A stretch of DNA of 32,516 nucleotides from Octopus sinensis (GCF_006345805.1 NW_021829649.1:1-32516), one strand, 5' to 3'; shown: positions 1 to 10,923, counted from the first letter of the stretch. Made by a program: numbers and translations. Notes: generated from the sequence alone by a model not told the origin.

Positions 1-151
1 ATTTTTAAGTGGAACATAATTCGACTCATGTTGTTCGTGGAATGTCGTTTCACGCGAACACTGACCGGGAATTGATGTTGAAGCGCTTCTGACCAATCAA
101 GACTGCGTTTGGTCCGATCTGCTGACAGTTGTATCTTGTTGAAGTCTTCAA
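1..151 (-). CDS. SVEP1: Exon running off the window edge (LEDFNKIQLSADRTKRSLDWSEALQHQFPVSVRVKRHSTNNMSRIMFHLK...)
   Basis: Strong acceptor ttttccttcccag|TT, phase 1. The frame is open to base 1 and contains RTKR and RVKR. Confidence 0.85.
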
Positions 152-174
152 CTGGGAAGGAAAACAGGTGAGGA

Positions 175-179
175 AATAA

Positions 180-246
<67 letters not shown>

Positions 247-371
247 TAATAAAATAATGATAATGATAATAATAATAATAACAACACAACAACAAAAATA
301 TAATAAAATAATAATAATAATAATAACATAATAAAACAACAACAACAACAACAACAATAATAATAATAATC

Positions 372-435
<64 letters not shown>

Positions 436-440
436 TGATG
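175..440. repeat. (AAT)n/(AAC)n compound microsatellite
   Basis: Seen directly in the sequence. Confidence 0.97.
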
Positions 441-488
441 ATATTTTACCCCAGTGTCACTTTGATGGCATGCATTGCTCTCTCACTG
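441..488 (+). mobile_element. Short terminal fragment of the (TAA)n-associated element seen at 13885-14797
   Basis: ttttaccccagtgtcactttgatggcatgcattgctctctcact is nearly the reverse complement of 13885-13930. Confidence 0.75.
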
Positions 489-497
489 TGGGAAGGA

Positions 498-603
498 GAC
501 TAATCGATTACATCGACCCCAATGTTTCACTGGTACTTATTTATCGACCCCGAAAGGATGAAAGACAAAGTCGACCTCAGTGGAATTTGAACTCAGAACG
601 TAG
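498..603 (-). mobile_element. SINE family A fragment
   Basis: Contains atcgaccccgaaaggatgaaag..aaagtcgacctc..ggaatttgaactcagaacgt, shared with the other family A copies. Confidence 0.85.
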
Positions 604-692
604 GCTTTTAAAATATCTCTGAGACACAGCGAGGCATTTGCTGCACACAAACACAAACATATGTGCATATGTGTATGTATGTGTATTCATGT

Positions 693-727
<35 letters not shown>

Positions 728-789
728 CATGTCTTTATATGTATATGTGTTCATGTGCATCTGAGTGTTTGTGTGTGTATAAGTAATAT

Positions 790-1008
790 GTCTTTGCGTT
801 TGTGTCTGTCCCCTGTCAATCCCTGGCAACCGGTGCTGGTTTGTTTGCATCCCCGTAGCTTAGCAGTTTCGCAAAAGAACCGATAGAATAAGCACCAGGT
901 TTTTATCAAGTAAAAACAAAAGCAAATTCCTGGAGCTGGTTTGCGTGATTAAAACCCTTCGAGGACGTGCTCCAGCATGGCGACAGTCCAATAACTGAAA
1001 CAGCTAAA
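790..1008 (+). mobile_element. Diverged 3' half of a family B-like SINE
   Basis: Contains ccgatagaataag and gtgctccagcatgg..cagtc..actgaaac, which match the family B 3' module. Confidence 0.7.
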
Positions 1009-1048
1009 ACACACACACACACAAACAGGTGCATGCAGAGATACTCAC

Positions 1049-1121
1049 GCCTGACATCCTCGCAAGTTGTGTCCACATCTTCAACTTCACACTCAATGTT
1101 GTTTGTACACATGCCGTTCAC
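1049..1121 (-). CDS. SVEP1: Exon, linker (VNGMCTNNIECEVEDVDTTCEDVR)
   Basis: 73 bp, phase 0-1. Acceptor tttgacag|GTG, donor C|gtgagt. In frame with both neighbours. Confidence 0.85.
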
Positions 1122-1223
1122 CTGTCAAATACAATACATTTGATTATATTTTATATATACATGTACGTGTGTGTGTGTGTGATACTGATTTAAAATCATA
1201 TTATATATATATATTAATATATA

Positions 1224-1253
<30 letters not shown>

Positions 1254-1254
<1 letters not shown>

Positions 1255-1412
1255 ACAACAATTGAGGAACGGCTATAATAGGCCGTTCGACCAATAGAAA
1301 TAGCAGTAATTACGAAATCAGAGGAAAAATTAAAAAAACATTTACGGTTGGAGCCCTGGCTGCTATTCTAGTGGGTCGAACGGCCTATTATAGCCGTTCC
1401 TCAATTGTTGTT
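1254..1412. repeat. Foldback/MITE-like element with 39-bp perfect inverted arms
   Basis: 1254-1292 is the exact reverse complement of 1374-1412. Confidence 0.85.
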
Positions 1413-1521
1413 GAATTATTAATAGTCTCTGACTATTTCCTCTTTCTCACTAGGCGCTGGTGGCAAATTATTTCTATGAATTTTTTGCTACCCTAATATT
1501 GATTTATATATATATATATAT

Positions 1522-1577
<56 letters not shown>

Positions 1578-1580
<3 letters not shown>

Positions 1581-1963
1581 CTCAGTCGAAGTCGACTCTC
1601 GGTCACTCGTTGGATCAGAGTCCTCCAGTCAGTTCTATCGGGCCGTTTCTTTCAGACTGGCCATGTCCATTCCGGTATCACACTTGATGGTGTCAAGCCA
1701 GCAGGTTCTTGATCGGCCTCTTCCTCTCTTGCCACTGACCATTCCGAGCATGATGTCCTTCTCCAGGGATTTTCTCCGCATAATATGACCGAAATATGCC
1801 AATCTATACTTGGTGATCCTAGCTTCTAGCGACAGTTTCGGCATGATCTGCTTAAGAACTTCTCCATTGGTGAGCCTCGCTGTCCATGGAATCCGTAAAA
1901 GTCTTCTCCAACACCAAAGCTCGAATGCATTAATTCTCTTCTGGTCAGCTTTCTTTAGTGTCC

Positions 1964-1966
<3 letters not shown>
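1578..1966 (-). mobile_element. 5'-truncated RTE-clade LINE, C-terminal ORF fragment, embedded in (TA)n
   Basis: Translates as WTLKKADQKRINAFELWCWRRLLRIPWTAR..LSLEARITKYRLAYFGHIMRRKSLEKDIMLGMVSGKRGRGRSRTCWLDTIK, then continues DRTDWRTLIQRVTESR after one frameshift. This is the typical RTE/BovB post-RT region. Confidence 0.9.
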
Positions 1967-2008
<42 letters not shown>

Positions 2009-2570
2009 TCAGTAAAGATTTAGATGAATATGGTACTTAAGTTAAAGGCACCAGAATTTAGTATGGTATTATCCATATAAATCAAGTGGGGTGATTATAA
2101 TCAAAATAAGCAACAAGGATATCCAAATGTAACGCAGTACGGTCGTTTCACGCGACTCCATTTAATTGAATAATGCATGTATTACATCAGTTTTAAAATG
2201 TAGGCCAATCTTCAGCTGCATACAAATATAGAATGTAGTTAAATTGAAAAGATTCATTTTTATAGTTATTCCATTAACCAACATTAGGTGGTTTCAAAGT
2301 CAGATCATGGCTGCTATTTTCAGCATGGTGGTATCTCGTAGATAACCTAATTTATAATTTTAATAATTATTACCTTTGAAGGTTATTTTTTCCATGCTGA
2401 CCACTTGATAAAATCGTTATTTTATTCTTAAATTAACGATCTTATACTTATTCATATAAATAAGTAAATAAATATATATATATATAGGATAGAATTTTTC
2501 GAAAAAAATTCTATCAATGGCCAGCATATTAAAAAATACCTTTAAAGGTTAAATTTATAAACAATTTATG

Positions 2571-2715
2571 AGTAAGGGCAAAAGAAAATATTTCTAATGC
2601 CAAATATGCCAAAAATAGACACTACGTCAATAACCGTGATAAATTACATGTCTATTGAGGTAGTGTCTATTTTCGGCATATTTTGGCATTAGAAATTTTT
2701 TCTTTTGCCCTTACT
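2571..2715. repeat. Long imperfect inverted repeat (arms about 62 bp, 20-nt spacer)
   Basis: 2571-2632 pairs with 2653-2715 with about 4 differences. Confidence 0.85.
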
Positions 2716-2724
2716 TATAAATAT

Positions 2725-2917
2725 TTGTGTGTGTGTGTGTGTGTGTGTATGTATGCATGTATGTAAGTATGTAAGTATGTATGTATGTAAGTATGTATGT
2801 GTGGTGTATGTATGTATGTATGTATGCATGTATGCATGCATGTATGTGTGTGTGTATGTATGTATGTATGTATGATGCATGTATGTATGTGTGTGTAAGT
2901 ATGTATGTATGTATGTA

Positions 2918-2950
<33 letters not shown>

Positions 2951-3045
2951 GTGTGTGTGTATGTACGTATGTATGTATGTATGTATGTGTGTGTGTATGC
3001 ATGCATGTATGTATGCATGTATGTATTTATGTATGTATGTATGTA

Positions 3046-3076
<31 letters not shown>

Positions 3077-3110
3077 ATGTATGTATGTATGTATGTATGT
3101 ATGTATGTAT
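2725..3110. repeat. (TG)n/(TATG)n compound microsatellite
   Basis: Seen directly in the sequence. Confidence 0.97.
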
Positions 3111-3344
3111 AGGGTCTTGCACTCAAACTGAGTAATCTGGTCTCGGCGGGACGTCCGGATTTAGAGGTTGGAGGTTTTGAAGCAGTTGCGTCCCAGGCTT
3201 TACCAGAAAGAATCCAAGATGGTGATATTGAAGAATTATCAACGGAGTCTGGATTGTCAAACTGAATTGGAGATTTGTGGATTAAAGTGGGATATGTGGT
3301 TGCCATGGAGTCGTTTGCCTCTTGACCAACTGTGAGATACAGTG

Positions 3345-3957
3345 GTATGCAGATATTTCTTTACTACCCACAAGGGGCTAAACACAAAGAGGACAAAAAA
3401 GGACTGACAAACGGATTAAGTCGATTATATCGACCCCAGTGCGTAACTGGTACTTATTTAATCGACCCTGAAAAGATGAAAGGCAAAGTTGACCTCGGCG
3501 GAATTTGAACTTAGAACTTAATCCGTTTGTCAGTCCTTTTTTGTCCTCTCTTTGTTTAGCCCCTTGTGGGTAGTAAAGAAATAGGTATTTCGTCTGCCGT
3601 TACGTTCTAAGTTCAAATTCCGCCGAGGTCGACTTTGACTTTCATCCTTTCGGGGTCGATTAAATAAGTACCAGATACGCACTGGGGTCGATATAATCGA
3701 CTTATTCCGTTTGTCAGTCCTTTTTTGTCCTCTTTGTGTTTAGCCCCTTGTGGGTAGTAAAGAAATAGGTATTTCGTCTGACAAACGGAATAAGTCGATT
3801 ATATCGACCCCAGTGCGTATCTGGTACTTATTTAATCGACCCCGAAAGGATGAAAGGCAAAGTCGACCTCGGCGGAATTTGAACTCAGAACGTAGCGACA
3901 GACGAAATACTGCTAAGCATTTCGCCCGGCGTGCTAACGGTTCTGCCAGCTCGCCCA
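3345..3957. mobile_element. Rearranged SINE family A cluster in alternating orientation (-,+,+,-)
   Basis: Family A motifs occur on both strands. A tRNA-like head with box A/box B lies on the minus strand at about 3880-3957. Confidence 0.88.
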
Positions 3958-4061
3958 GTGGTATGCGGAGTCAACACGGTCCCAGGATGACACAACACCA
4001 CCGCTAAGAACAACAACAACAATAACACACACACACACACGCATACATAGATGATACGTAC

Positions 4062-4186
4062 CAGCTGGGTGACTCTGTGTTTAAAGTTGTCCTCGATTCG
4101 GTTCAACGCCCTCACTTCATCGCATAACACATTCCCCAAGAAAGTTAACCGCGCTGGCTGGATGACGTCATTTGAAACCTGTTGGA
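4062..4186 (-). CDS. SVEP1: Exon, linker (VQQVSNDVIQPARLTFLGNVLCDEVRALNRIEDNFKHRVTQL)
   Basis: 125 bp, phase 1-0. Acceptor tcctgctgcag|TC after a pyrimidine tract, donor CTG|gtacgt. An island of unique sequence among microsatellites, in frame with both neighbouring exons. Confidence 0.85.
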
Positions 4187-4639
4187 CTGCAGCAGGAGGA
4201 GGAGGAGGAGGAGAAAGTGAAGGGGATGTTGAAGAGGGGCTGTTGATAATGGTGATAGTGATGATAATGATGGTGGTGATGTTGATGATGGTAGTCTCAC
4301 ATACACAGACACACATACACACAGACTCCCCCACACAGACTTCCAAACACACACGCGCACACACACTCACTGACACACACACACACACTCACTGACACAC
4401 ACACACACACACACACACACACTGACACACACACACACACGCACGCACATTTCTTAAACTTATCACATTTACCATATTTACATCAGAGCAGCAGAGGCAA
4501 AAAGAGAAAGGGACAAAAAAAAAATCAAGAACAACAGTCAGAGACACAGACAGACAGACAGACAGACAAACGGACAGACAGACAGAGGGACAGAGACAGA
4601 CAAATAGGCATAGACAGAAAGACAGGCAGACATAGACAT

Positions 4640-5345
4640 ACAAGCTCCTACACGCATTTTTTCTCTCCTTTTTTTCTCTCCTTGTTTCTCTCCTTGTTTT
4701 TTTCTGTGTTCCTTTCTGTCGTGTCCCTTAAGAGCGTAGGCTCGAAACGTAGAAGACTTTTTCTATTCCTGAGCGCTACTAATACATTTGTTTGTTTGTA
4801 CTCCACCTGCCTTCGTCTTTTGTTTATTTTCGTAAACTCTCCCTTTATATATATATATATATTATATATATTATTATATATATATATATATCTTATATAT
4901 ATATATATAGTTTATCTATATATATTCATTTTTTCTCTCCTTGTTTTTTCTGTGTATCTTTCTGTCCAGAGCGTAGGCTCGAACGTAAAAGACGTTTCTA
5001 TTTCATATTCCTGAGCGCTATTTAATAATTGTTTGTTTTGTACTCCACCGCCTTAGTCTTTTGTTTATTTTCGTAAACTCTCCCTTATATATATATATAT
5101 TATATATATATATATATATCTATATATATATATATATATAGATATATAGTATATATATATATTAATTATATATATAATATATATATATATTCTTTTTTTT
5201 CTCTCTTGTTTTTTCTGTGTATCTTTCTGTCCGAGAGCGTAGGCTCGAAACGTAAAAGACTTTTCTATTCTGAGCGCTATACTAATACATTGTTTGTTTA
5301 TACTCCACCTGCCTAGTCTTTGTTTATGTTCGTAAACTCTCCCTT

Positions 5346-5427
<82 letters not shown>

Positions 5428-5820
5428 ATACACACACATATATATAATATATATATTCATTTTTTTTCTCTCCTTGTTTTTCTGTGTATCTTTCTGTCCA
5501 AGAGCGTAGGCTCGAAACGTAAAAGACTTTTCTATATTTCTCTTCCTGAGCGCTATATTAATAATTTGTTTGTTTGTACTCCACCTGCCTTAGTCTTTTG
5601 TTTATTTTCGTAAACTCTCTTTTATATATATATATATATATAATATATATATTCTTTTTTTTCTCTCCTTGTTTTTTTTCTGTGTATTTTCTATCCGAGC
5701 GCGTAGGCTCGAAACGTACAAGACTTTTCTTTCCTGAGCGCCATACTAATACATTTGTTTGTTTCTCCTCCACCTGCCTAGTCTTTTGTTTATTTGCGTA
5801 AACTTATATATATATATATC

Positions 5821-5851
<31 letters not shown>

Positions 5852-6021
5852 CATATTCTTTTTCTCTCTCGCTTGTTTTTTCTGTGTATCTTTCTGTCCG
5901 AGAGCGTAGGCTCGAAACGTAAAAGACTTTTCTATTTCTATTCCTGAGCGCTATACTAATACATTGTTTGTTTGTACTCCAGCTGCCTTCGTCTTTTGTT
6001 TATTTTCGTAAACCTTCCCGT
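4640..6021 (+). repeat. Six tandem copies of a ~200-270 bp (TA)n-containing element with a hammerhead-like motif
   Basis: gagcgtaggctcgaaacgta recurs with its GAAA at about 4744, 4981 (GAAC), 5247, 5514, 5711 and 5914. Spacing varies with (TA)n length. Confidence 0.9.
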
Positions 6022-6245
6022 TACATATAGATAGACAGATAGACAGACAGAGGGACACTGACAGACATAGACAGACAAATAGACAAGCAGACAGAGACAG
6101 ACAGACAGACACAAACAGACAGATGGACAGACGGACGGACGGACGGACAGTCACAGACTGGCAGATGATAAAAGAGAGAAAAGCAAATAGAATGACAGGC
6201 TGACAGTAGGGGACAGAGAGACAGACGAACAGACAGACGAAGGAA
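6021..6245. repeat. (AGAC)n/(GGAC)n cryptic microsatellite
   Basis: Seen directly. A similar tract lies at 4540-4640. Confidence 0.9.
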
Positions 6246-6276
6246 TGGCAGACGTTATCGGACGTGTGTTTCTTAC

Positions 6277-6471
6277 CTGAACAGTCCGGGAATGGCAAGT
6301 GGCTCTTTGGTGTCCATTCGTAGTCTTCGAAGCTACAGAAATATTTTTCAGCGGGTTGCAAGGCGAACGCGTACCCTTCCATACAGACGAGGGTACAGTG
6401 TACCCCAGCTTCGCTTCTGTGGCAGTCTCTCATGCCATTCCTGGGGGCAAGTGGTATGGTGCAGCGATGTT
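6277..6471 (-). CDS. SVEP1: Exon, sushi-like domain (EHRCTIPLAPRNGMRDCHRSEAGVHCTLVCMEGYAFALQPAEKYFCSFEDYEWTPKSHLPFPDCS)
   Basis: 195 bp, phase 1-1. Acceptor caacag|AA, donor G|gtaaga. Resembles the post-HYR sushi of SVEP1 (C-x-L-x-C-x-EGY ... KY-x-C ... W-x-P ... PDC). Confidence 0.92.
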
Positions 6472-6517
6472 CTGTTGTTACAGAAGATATCAGATAAAAA
6501 AAATCACAGAAAGCCCC

Positions 6518-6562
<45 letters not shown>

Positions 6563-6593
6563 ATTTCCCCAAGTAGATAAATTGATTATTCCC

Positions 6594-6646
<53 letters not shown>

Positions 6647-6658
6647 AAAGGTAAAAGA

Positions 6659-6992
6659 ACCCCCCTTCGTCATGAGTGACCATGGGTTTGCACCTAGAGA
6701 GTTACCCTCCTAGACACAAGTCTGGGCAAGGTTGTTTTTATGGAAGACCAGTAGTCGCCCATGCATACTGGCCTTCCCCTCTCCACGCCACCAGTGTTAT
6801 CCAAGGGAAAGACAAAGGTCGATACAGCTTGGCACCAGTGACGTCGCAACTCATTTCTACAGCTGAGTGAACTGGAGCAACGTTAAAGTAAAGTGCTTTG
6901 CTCAAGAACACAACACGCAGCCCGGACCGGGATTCGAGCTCACACACCTCACGATCGTAAGCTCGACGCTCTAACCACTGAGCCATGCGCCT

Positions 6993-6995
<3 letters not shown>
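6659..6995 (-). mobile_element. tRNA-headed SINE family D, flanked by (TA)n
   Basis: The minus strand reads GGCGCATGGCTCAGTGGTTAGAGCG...GCTCGAATCCCGG (box A/box B), followed by a ttgtgttcttgagcaaagcacttt core. Confidence 0.8.
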
Positions 6996-7078
<83 letters not shown>

Positions 7079-7086
7079 ATTATATA

Positions 7087-7148
<62 letters not shown>

Positions 7149-7175
7149 GATATATATATATTATATATAATATAT

Positions 7176-7228
<53 letters not shown>

Positions 7229-7309
7229 GTAAATTATCACCATATATTATATATATAATTTCACACACCATATATATATATATATATTATTATTCACCAT
7301 ATATATAAG

Positions 7310-7343
<34 letters not shown>

Positions 7344-7370
7344 TGTGTGGTGTGTGTGTGTGTGTGTGTG
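6996..7370. repeat. (TA)n then (TG)n microsatellite
   Basis: Seen directly in the sequence. Confidence 0.95.
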
Positions 7371-7379
7371 AGAACAGAT

Positions 7380-7535
7380 ATGCGAGGTGGGTCTGAAAAG
7401 TTCTTGGCTTTAAGGGTATCGTGAAAAACCTGGTTGGAGGCCTTACCTTGCGAGTTCTTTTTAAAGGGCTTAGAAAAACTGAAGGACCCCTTCAATAGGT
7501 GTGTGACGTGACTCTGAGGGGGGAATATGTATAAA
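7380..7535 (+). mobile_element. Internally deleted mariner-like fragment
   Basis: Begins with the mariner-like end tgcgaggtgggtctgaaaagtt. Degenerate translation EFFLKGLEKLKDPFNRCV..LRGEYV resembles a mariner transposase C-terminus. Confidence 0.6.
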
Positions 7536-7664
7536 GCCTGACCCAGTAGATTGTTCTGGAAGATCAATTTGTCAAATGGGATTATCTGACTGCTGGGTGA
7601 CAGCCTCAACAAAACATCCCCGTTCTCCTGATACAGCGTCAGTTTACATATTTACAGCTAACAA

Positions 7665-8389
7665 ATATATCTCACGTCTGTTTCTTGATTTTGTTATGTG
7701 TTGATAGTAATTAGTAAGAAGTTAACGAGGCTTTATTGATTTCAGTAACAGAACATTGTTCCATTCTCAATTTATTGAGAACAGACAATATCTCACGTCT
7801 ATTTCTTGATTTTGTTATGTGTTGATAGTAATTAGTAAGAAGTTAACGAGGCTTTATTGATTTCAGTAACAGAACATTGTTCCATTCTCAATTTATTGAG
7901 AACAGACAATATCTCACGTCTATTTATTGATTTTGTTATGTGTTGATAGTAATTAGTAAGAAGTAGGTTTTATTGATTTCGGTAACAGAACAGTGTTCCA
8001 TTCTCAATTTATTGAGAACAGACAATATCTCACGTCTATTTCTTGATTTTGTTATGTGTTGATAGTAATTAGTAAGAAGTTAACAAGGTTTTATTGATTT
8101 CGGTAACAGAACAGTGTTCCATTCTCAATTTATTGAGAACAGACAATATCTCACGTCTATTTCTTGATTTTGTTATGTGTTGATAACAATTAGTAAGAGG
8201 TTAACAAGGTTTTATTGATTTCGGTAACAGAACATTGTTCCATTCTCAATTTATTGAGAACAGACAATATCTCACGTCTATTTCTTGATTTTGTTATGTG
8301 TTGATAGTAATTAGTAAGAAGTTAACAAGGTTTTATTGATTTCGGTAACAGAACAGTGTTCCATTCTCAATTTATTGAGAACAGACAAT
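7665..8389. repeat. Tandem repeat, 6 x 121 bp (one copy 116 bp)
   Basis: ctcacgtc recurs at 7671, 7792, 7913, 8029, 8150 and 8271. Confidence 0.95.
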
Positions 8390-8674
8390 GGTAAAATGAC
8401 AGACGTCAATTTAAACGTTTAACAAAACTGATGAATATAAAAGCTGCAGAGAGTGATTCATAAAAAAAACAAAACAACTGGGCCTGAAAAACCGCAGTGG
8501 TGTTATTTGGGTCTAGAACGCAGACGACAGGAAGCTCCCTTCTTCACTTTTACTTTATGCCTTCAAGAACAAAGCCTGTGGTCATGTTGGCGCATTTGCC
8601 ATTTAAGGAGAGTGGAGTTTCGGGATTTGTCAACGCTATCTTTGTAATGGACTTGTGAAGTTGCGTCATTTTCT

Positions 8675-9435
8675 ATATGTATGTATGTATGTATGTATTT
8701 ATGTATGTATGTATGTATGTATTTATGTATGTATGTATGTATGTATATATGTATTATGTATGTATGTATGTATGTATGTATTGTATGTATGTATGTATGT
8801 ATGTTGTATGTGTATTATGTATGTATGTATGTATGTATGTATGTATGTATTATGGTATGTATGTATGTATGTATTATGTATGTATGCATTAGGTATGTAT
8901 GTATGTATGTATGTATGTATGTATTATGTATGATGTATGTATGTATGTATGTAGTATGTATGTATTATGTATGTATGTATTATGTATTTGTATGTATGTA
9001 TGTATGTATGTATGTATGTATTATTATGTAGTATATGTATGTATTATGTATGTATGTATGTATGTTTTATGTATGTATGTATGTATGTATATATGTATGT
9101 ATGTATGTATGTATTATGTATGTATATGTATTTTATGTATGTATGTATGTATTATGTATGTATGTATGTATTTATGTATGTATGTATGTATGTATATATG
9201 TATTATGTATGTATGTAATGTATGTTATGGTATGTATGTATGTATGTATGTATGTATTAGTATGTATGTATGTATGTATTTTATGTATTATGTATGTATG
9301 TATGTATGTATGTATGTATGTATGTATGTATTTAGTATGTATGTATTATGTATGTATGTATGTATTGATGTATGTATGTATGTCTGTATGTTATGTATGT
9401 ATGTATGTATGTGTATATATGTATGTATGTATGTG

Positions 9436-9467
<32 letters not shown>

Positions 9468-9725
9468 TGTATGTATGTATGTATGTATGTATGTATGTAT
9501 GTATGTATATATGTATGTATAATATGTATGTATGTATGTATATAATGTAGTACATGTATGTATGTAGGTATGTATGTATTTATGTATGTATGTATGTATG
9601 TATGATATGTAGTAAGTATGTCTGTAGTATGTATGTATGTATGTAGTATTTATGTATGTATGTATTATGTATGTATGTATTATGTATTATGTATGTATGT
9701 ATGTATTATGTATGTATGTATTAGG

Positions 9726-9759
<34 letters not shown>

Positions 9760-10350
9760 TGTATTATTATGTATGTATGTATTAGTCTATATGGATTATG
9801 TATTTATGTATGTATGTATGTATGGTATGTATGTATGTATGTATGTATGTATGTATGTATGTATATATGTATTATGTATGTATGTGTATGTATGTAGGTA
9901 TTATGTATTATGATTATGTCTTTATGTATGTATGTATGTATGTATGTATGTATTTGTATGTTATGTATGTATGTATGTATGTATTATGTATGTATGTATA
10001 TATGTATATATGTATTATGTATGTATGTATTTATGTATGTATGTATGTATGTATATATGTATTATGTATGTATGTATGTATGTATGTATGTATGTATTAT
10101 GTATGTATGTATTATGTATGTATGTATGTATGTATGTATTATGTATGTATGTATTATGTATGTATGTATGTATTATGTATGTATGTATATATGTATGTAT
10201 TATGTATGTATGTATGTATGTATGTATGTATGTATGTATGTTTATGTATGTATGTATGTATGTATGTATGTATATATGCATGCATGTATATATGTATGTA
10301 TGCATGTATGTATGCATGTATATATGTATGTATGTATTATGTAAGCATGT
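8675..10350. repeat. About 1.7 kb degenerate (TATG)n tract
   Basis: Seen directly. It is the source of the MYVC/HTYI pseudo-ORFs. Confidence 0.97.
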
Positions 10351-10597
10351 ATGTCAGAGTCAGCACGCGGCTTTTCTTTAGCTGGGAAGAGTGAAAAGTC
10401 TTTTTCCGTTTGATGGCCATGACGAAGGCAAATGTATGGTGGACTGAAAGATAGACACGTTTCCCTTCAGACCAGCCATCATCAATATCTACAAGTTTCA
10501 TTTAAAGAGAGGAAGAGAGGAGTGCTGCTCTGAAGAGGATTTGTGAGAATGGCATGGGTGGAATGGGTAGATAGGTCTATTTTCAGGGCGTACCTAT

Positions 10598-10883
10598 TCT
10601 TTTATTCTTTTTCTTGTTTCAGTCATTTGGCTGCGGCCATGCTGGAGCACCACCTTTAGTCGAGCAAATCCATCCCAGGGCTTATTCTTTGTAAGCCTGG
10701 TACTTACTCTATCGGTGTCTCGCGCCGAACCGCTAAGTTACGGGGATGTAAACACACCAACATCGGTTGTCAAGTGATGGTGGGGGGACAATTACAGACA
10801 CAAATAACACACACACACACACACCACACTATAATATAATAATATATAATATATATATAGATATATATATAGTATATCTATAT

Positions 10884-10923
<40 letters not shown>

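Noticed and set aside
3110-3335. Unique-looking stretch with short open frames on both strands (MATTYPTLIHK...)
   Set aside because: No recognisable domain or convincing splice sites. The flanking exons already join in frame without it. It is possibly an unidentified TE fragment.
6920-6995. tRNA-like sequences (also the heads of SINE families A, B and C)
   Set aside because: Box A/B are present, but I see no intact cloverleaf and each runs into a SINE body. They are SINE heads, not tRNA genes.
4640-8389. Regularly spaced repeats resembling CRISPR arrays
   Set aside because: The context is eukaryotic, whole units repeat with no unique spacers, and there are no cas genes.
8390-8650. Possible Tc1-like transposase 5' remnant
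   Set aside because: I could not recover any diagnostic motif by eye, so it is left unannotated.
8655-10394. Many long ORFs of MYVC/HTYI type (also 2689-3135, 18159-18841, 21227-21971, 28961-29499)
   Set aside because: They are translations of (TATG)n, (CA)n, (TG)n or (TA)n tracts, which lack stops in several frames. They have no domain content or splice support.
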